DNA from: an uncultured Methylococcaceae bacterium
GTDB lineage: Bacteria > Pseudomonadota > Gammaproteobacteria > Methylococcales > Methylomonadaceae
Reading direction: 5' to 3'
Assembly (NCBI GenBank): GCA_903928685.1
Contig: CAIYRS010000032.1
Coordinates: 414 to 64,413 of the forward strand
DNA: 64,000 nucleotides
Positions within the stretch are counted from its first letter, which is position 1; each line of letters begins with the position of its first letter. Positions 61,287-64,000 of the stretch are shown one piece after another. The position numbers and the translations under genes are program-made. The notes below the pieces were generated by a model. It was not told the DNA's origin and searched no databases. It saw nothing but the letters and a program-made list of their open reading frames with translations.

Positions 61287-62329
61287 GCGCGGGTACTCTG
61301 GGCAAGGGCTTGTTCTACTTGTTCGCTAATTTTACGGATCACGTCTTGTTTGACTTCCAATTCGGCTAATTTTATTGCCGTTTTGAATGCCAATACATCA
61401 GCGCCGCCGTGGCTTTTAATCACCAAGCCGCGTAATCCTAAAAAGCTTGCGCCGTTGTAGAGTCTTGGGTCGATGCGGTTTTTAAACGACTTAAGCACCG
61501 GGTAAGCGATTAAGCCAGCCAATTTGGTAGCAAGGTTTTTGCCGAAGGCTTCTTTCAGGGAGCTGCCGATCATTTTTGCTGCGCCTTCTATGGATTTTAA
61601 GGCGACATTGCCAACAAAGCCGTCGGCGACAATCAAATCAACTTTTACATGGCCTGCGGTTAAAGAATCGCCTTCAACATAGCCGATGTAATTTAATGAG
61701 GAGTTTTCCAATAATTTGGCAGCGGCTTTAACTTGTTCGTTGCCTTTGACATCTTCTTCGCCAATATTGAGCAAGCCAACTTTCGGGTTGTCGATGTTTT
61801 CAACGGCTTTCACCAGTTCCGCGCCCATAATTGCGAATTGGAACAAGTTTTCTGCGCTGCAATCAACATTTGCCCCTAAATCTAAAGCGTGGGTGTGTCC
61901 ATAAATAGACGGCAAGCTTGAGATAATGGCGGGGCGATCAATACCGGGGATCATTTTTAAAACGAAACGCGCGGTCGCCATGAGTGCGCCAGTGTTACCA
62001 GCGCTCACACAAGCATCGGCGATGCCATCGCGAACTAAATTGATGGCAACCCGCATGGAAGAGTCTTTTTTATTTTTTAACGCTTTGGATGGGGATTCAT
62101 CCATGCCGACACATTCTGAGGCGTGATGTATGCTCAGGCGGCCTTGGAATTTGACAAGCGCAGTTGCCAATTCCGTTTCAAGTACGGATTGGTCGCCTAC
62201 CAAAATCAATTTTAAATTCGGGTTGTCTTCTAAACAGCCCAATGATGCAGGTATTGTGACTCGTGGGCCGAAATCACCGCCCATTGCATCAATCGAAATT
62301 GTTAAACTCACGCTGACCAATAACCCCAA
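61283..62329 (-). CDS. plsX: phosphate acyltransferase PlsX
   Basis: SIDAMGGDFGP N-terminal motif. The start may lie a few codons downstream of the ORF-track ATG. Confidence 0.92.
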   Translation of the reverse strand: MGLLVSVSLTISIDAMGGDFGPRVTIPASLGCLEDNPNLKLILVGDQSVLETELATALVKFQGRLSIHHASECVGMDESPSKALKNKKDSSMRVAINLVRDGIADACVSAGNTGALMATARFVLKMIPGIDRPAIISSLPSIYGHTHALDLGANVDCSAENLFQFAIMGAELVKAVENIDNPKVGLLNIGEEDVKGNEQVKAAAKLLENSSLNYIGYVEGDSLTAGHVKVDLIVADGFVGNVALKSIEGAAKMIGSSLKEAFGKNLATKLAGLIAYPVLKSFKNRIDPRLYNGASFLGLRGLVIKSHGGADVLAFKTAIKLAELEVKQDVIRKISEQVEQALAQSTRA

Positions 62330-62393
62330 GATTTATTGAAACAAGCTACGCTTACGGCAAACTAGGCCGCAGCATCACGCATGGAAGATGTGT

Positions 62394-62585
62394 TTATTCT
62401 TCGTCGTCTTCGAACACCATGCCAACGATTTGACGGCCTTTAAAAAAGCCATCTGGCGTCATATGGTGGCGTAAGTGCATTTCCCCAGTAATCGGGTCTT
62501 GTGATAAGGCTTTAGTTGTTAATGCGTCGTGTGAACGGCGTTGGCCACGGCGTGAGCGTGATACTTTACTTTTCTGTACGGCCAT
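62394..62585 (-). CDS. rpmF: 50S ribosomal protein L32
   Basis: [22 protein letters not shown] is the canonical L32 N-terminus. 63 aa. Confidence 0.95.
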   Translation of the reverse strand: MAVQKSKVSRSRRGQRRSHDALTTKALSQDPITGEMHLRHHMTPDGFFKGRQIVGMVFEDDEE

Positions 62586-63121
62586 TAGGGCTCTCCAATA
62601 TTTTTAAGATGGGCTAAGATAGAAAAAGGGTTTTCGGTAGTAGCGTCGGTTTTTGTTGTTGTCGGCAAAATGGTTTTATCAGCCAAGTATTCTGCTGGAT
62701 AACAAGCTTGTTGATGTTTTGGGATTGCCGGTAAGGCAAGTAGCAATTCATCTTCAATCAGCTCTCTCAGCAAGATTTTTTGTTCATCCCCGATTAGCAA
62801 AGGTTCGTATTCTTCAGGCAATCGGTCAGCTTGTTCTATCGAGTTGACAATGCCTAGCTTGAATTGCCCTTGAACAGGAAAGCTAATTGCTTGTAAACAA
62901 TTTTGGCATTTCAGCATCAAGCTAGTGGCGGCAAACTGCCCTTCAATTATCGGGTAACGGCCTTCACGGGCAAAAACAAGCTCAACAGCAACCACGCCTG
63001 AATCATCACAGAGTAAATCCCCTAGACGATCAAGCTTGCTTAAAAGTATTTGACCCTTTAATTCAGCGCGTTTATCAGCTAAATATAAAGGGTCGATGTA
63101 TTCGGGCAATCGCTCTACCAT
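62585..63121 (-). CDS. yceD: YceD (DUF177) large-ribosomal-subunit accumulation protein
   Basis: 178 aa, directly upstream of rpmF with a 1-nt overlap. CxxC...C pattern (LKCQNCLQ) and an acidic C-terminal half typical of DUF177. Confidence 0.85.
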   Translation of the reverse strand: MVERLPEYIDPLYLADKRAELKGQILLSKLDRLGDLLCDDSGVVAVELVFAREGRYPIIEGQFAATSLMLKCQNCLQAISFPVQGQFKLGIVNSIEQADRLPEEYEPLLIGDEQKILLRELIEDELLLALPAIPKHQQACYPAEYLADKTILPTTTKTDATTENPFSILAHLKNIGEP

Positions 63122-63235
63122 AACCCCGAGATTCTATAGGGAAAGTTGGTATTCGTCAAATTGGTAGTGACAAAATCACAGCAATTCTATTTTGATCGGC
63201 AGGGTGTTTTTATGCAGGGAAATCTACAAACGGCA

Positions 63236-64000
63236 TTAATTAATCGCCAGCATGGCATCCAACGCTTTCTTTGCCAATTGTGCTTGTTGCGGCGCTACGG
63301 TAATTTTGTTGACGACATCACCTGCCACTAGATTATCTAAAATCCAGGCCAAATGCTGGGGATCGGTTCTGAACATGGTTGAACACATGCACAAGGTTGG
63401 CGACATAAAATGCACATTTTTGCCGTCAGCTTTGCATTCCTCGTGCAGTCGGTTGACTAGGTTCAATTCCGTGGCAACCAACCAGCGGCTATTGGCTTCG
63501 GCTTCGCGGATGGTTTTTAAAATGTACTCGGTAGAGCCGACGAAATCGGCTTTTTCGCAGACTTCAAAACAGGCTTCAGGGTGGGCGATAACCTGGGTTT
63601 CTGGATAACGGACGAGAAAATCATCAATTTGTTCGGGTTTGAATGCTTGATGCACAGAACAATGCCCATTCCAAAGGATGATTTTGGCGTCACGGATTTG
63701 AGTTTCGGTCAAGCCACCCATGGGTTTAGTGAAATCCCAAGTGACCATTTCTGCCATCGGGATGCCCATGCGGTAGCCAGTGTTGCGTCCCAAATGCTGG
63801 TCAGGGAAGAACAGGACTTTTTCGCGTTGGGCAAAGCTCCACTCCAAGATTTTTTGGGCATTAGATGACGTACAAACAATGCCTTCATGCTCGCCACAAA
63901 ACGCTTTCAAATCTGCCGCTGAATTGATGTAAGTGATTGGTGTTACAGCATTATCAACATCAATTATTTGCCCTAATTCCTGCCAGCACTGGCGCACTTT
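63236..64000 (-). CDS. nadA: quinolinate synthase NadA (3' part; 5' end beyond the window)
   Basis: The frame stays open to the window edge. The sequence ...VCTSSNA...FFPDQHLGRN...HPEC...STEYI...CSTM... is typical of NadA. Confidence 0.85.
   Translation of the reverse strand, partial: KVRQCWQELGQIIDVDNAVTPITYINSAADLKAFCGEHEGIVCTSSNAQKILEWSFAQREKVLFFPDQHLGRNTGYRMGIPMAEMVTWDFTKPMGGLTETQIRDAKIILWNGHCSVHQAFKPEQIDDFLVRYPETQVIAHPEACFEVCEKADFVGSTEYILKTIREAEANSRWLVATELNLVNRLHEECKADGKNVHFMSPTLCMCSTMFRTDPQHLAWILDNLVAGDVVNKITVAPQQAQLAKKALDAMLAIN

Overview
The window looks like a proteobacterial chromosome segment with gammaproteobacterial-type synteny. It is densely coding: about 58 supported protein genes. 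I found no rRNA, tRNA, CRISPR array, transposase, integrase or phage genes.

Housekeeping blocks:
- trpS and rep.
- An mepK/ldtD-like peptidoglycan pair.
- sucA-sucB-lpd (2-oxoglutarate dehydrogenase).
- adk-leuC-(micro-ORF)-leuD-leuB-asd-fimV.
- aspS, an FmdB zinc ribbon, pyrC, guaB-lpxB and a PfkB kinase.
- A long minus-strand cluster: yceD-rpmF-plsX-fabH-fabD-fabG-acpP-fabF-pabC-mltG-tmk-holB-pilZ-tatD.
- A partial nadA at the right edge.

The main accessory region (24.8-42.6 kb) is an XrtA/PEP-CTERM-type exopolysaccharide locus. It carries a PrsT-like TPR lipoprotein, a UDP-sugar epimerase plus TviB-like dehydrogenase, a Wza-like exporter, a chain-length determinant, a tyrosine autokinase, a beta-barrel OMP, an ExeA-like ATPase, a deacetylase, a FemAB-like protein, two GT4 transferases and an AsnB-type amidotransferase. 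Within the window it lacks the exosortase, EpsI, any PEP-CTERM substrate, a priming transferase and the PrsK/PrsR regulators.

Most notable observations:
1. The Lpd (E3) encoded in the suc operon has lost the first cysteine and the conserved lysine of the redox-active CxxxxC...K segment. E1, E2 and the rest of E3 look intact.
2. The exosortase/EpsI pair is missing at a 4-nt glycosyltransferase junction, and there is a compositional break inside the EPS locus.
3. An orphan 10-cysteine secreted protein is flanked by REP elements.
4. Intergenic repeats are abundant and mosaic. They include GTAG-headed REP hairpins, a 251-bp MITE-like element, and two inverted ~270-320 bp composite repeats bracketing 11.4 kb. 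One of those copies has a further repeat module inserted into a hairpin loop.
5. An unannotated entericidin-like lipoprotein micro-ORF lies between leuC and leuD.

All functional calls rest on motifs I recognised in the translated ORFs. No database search was run.
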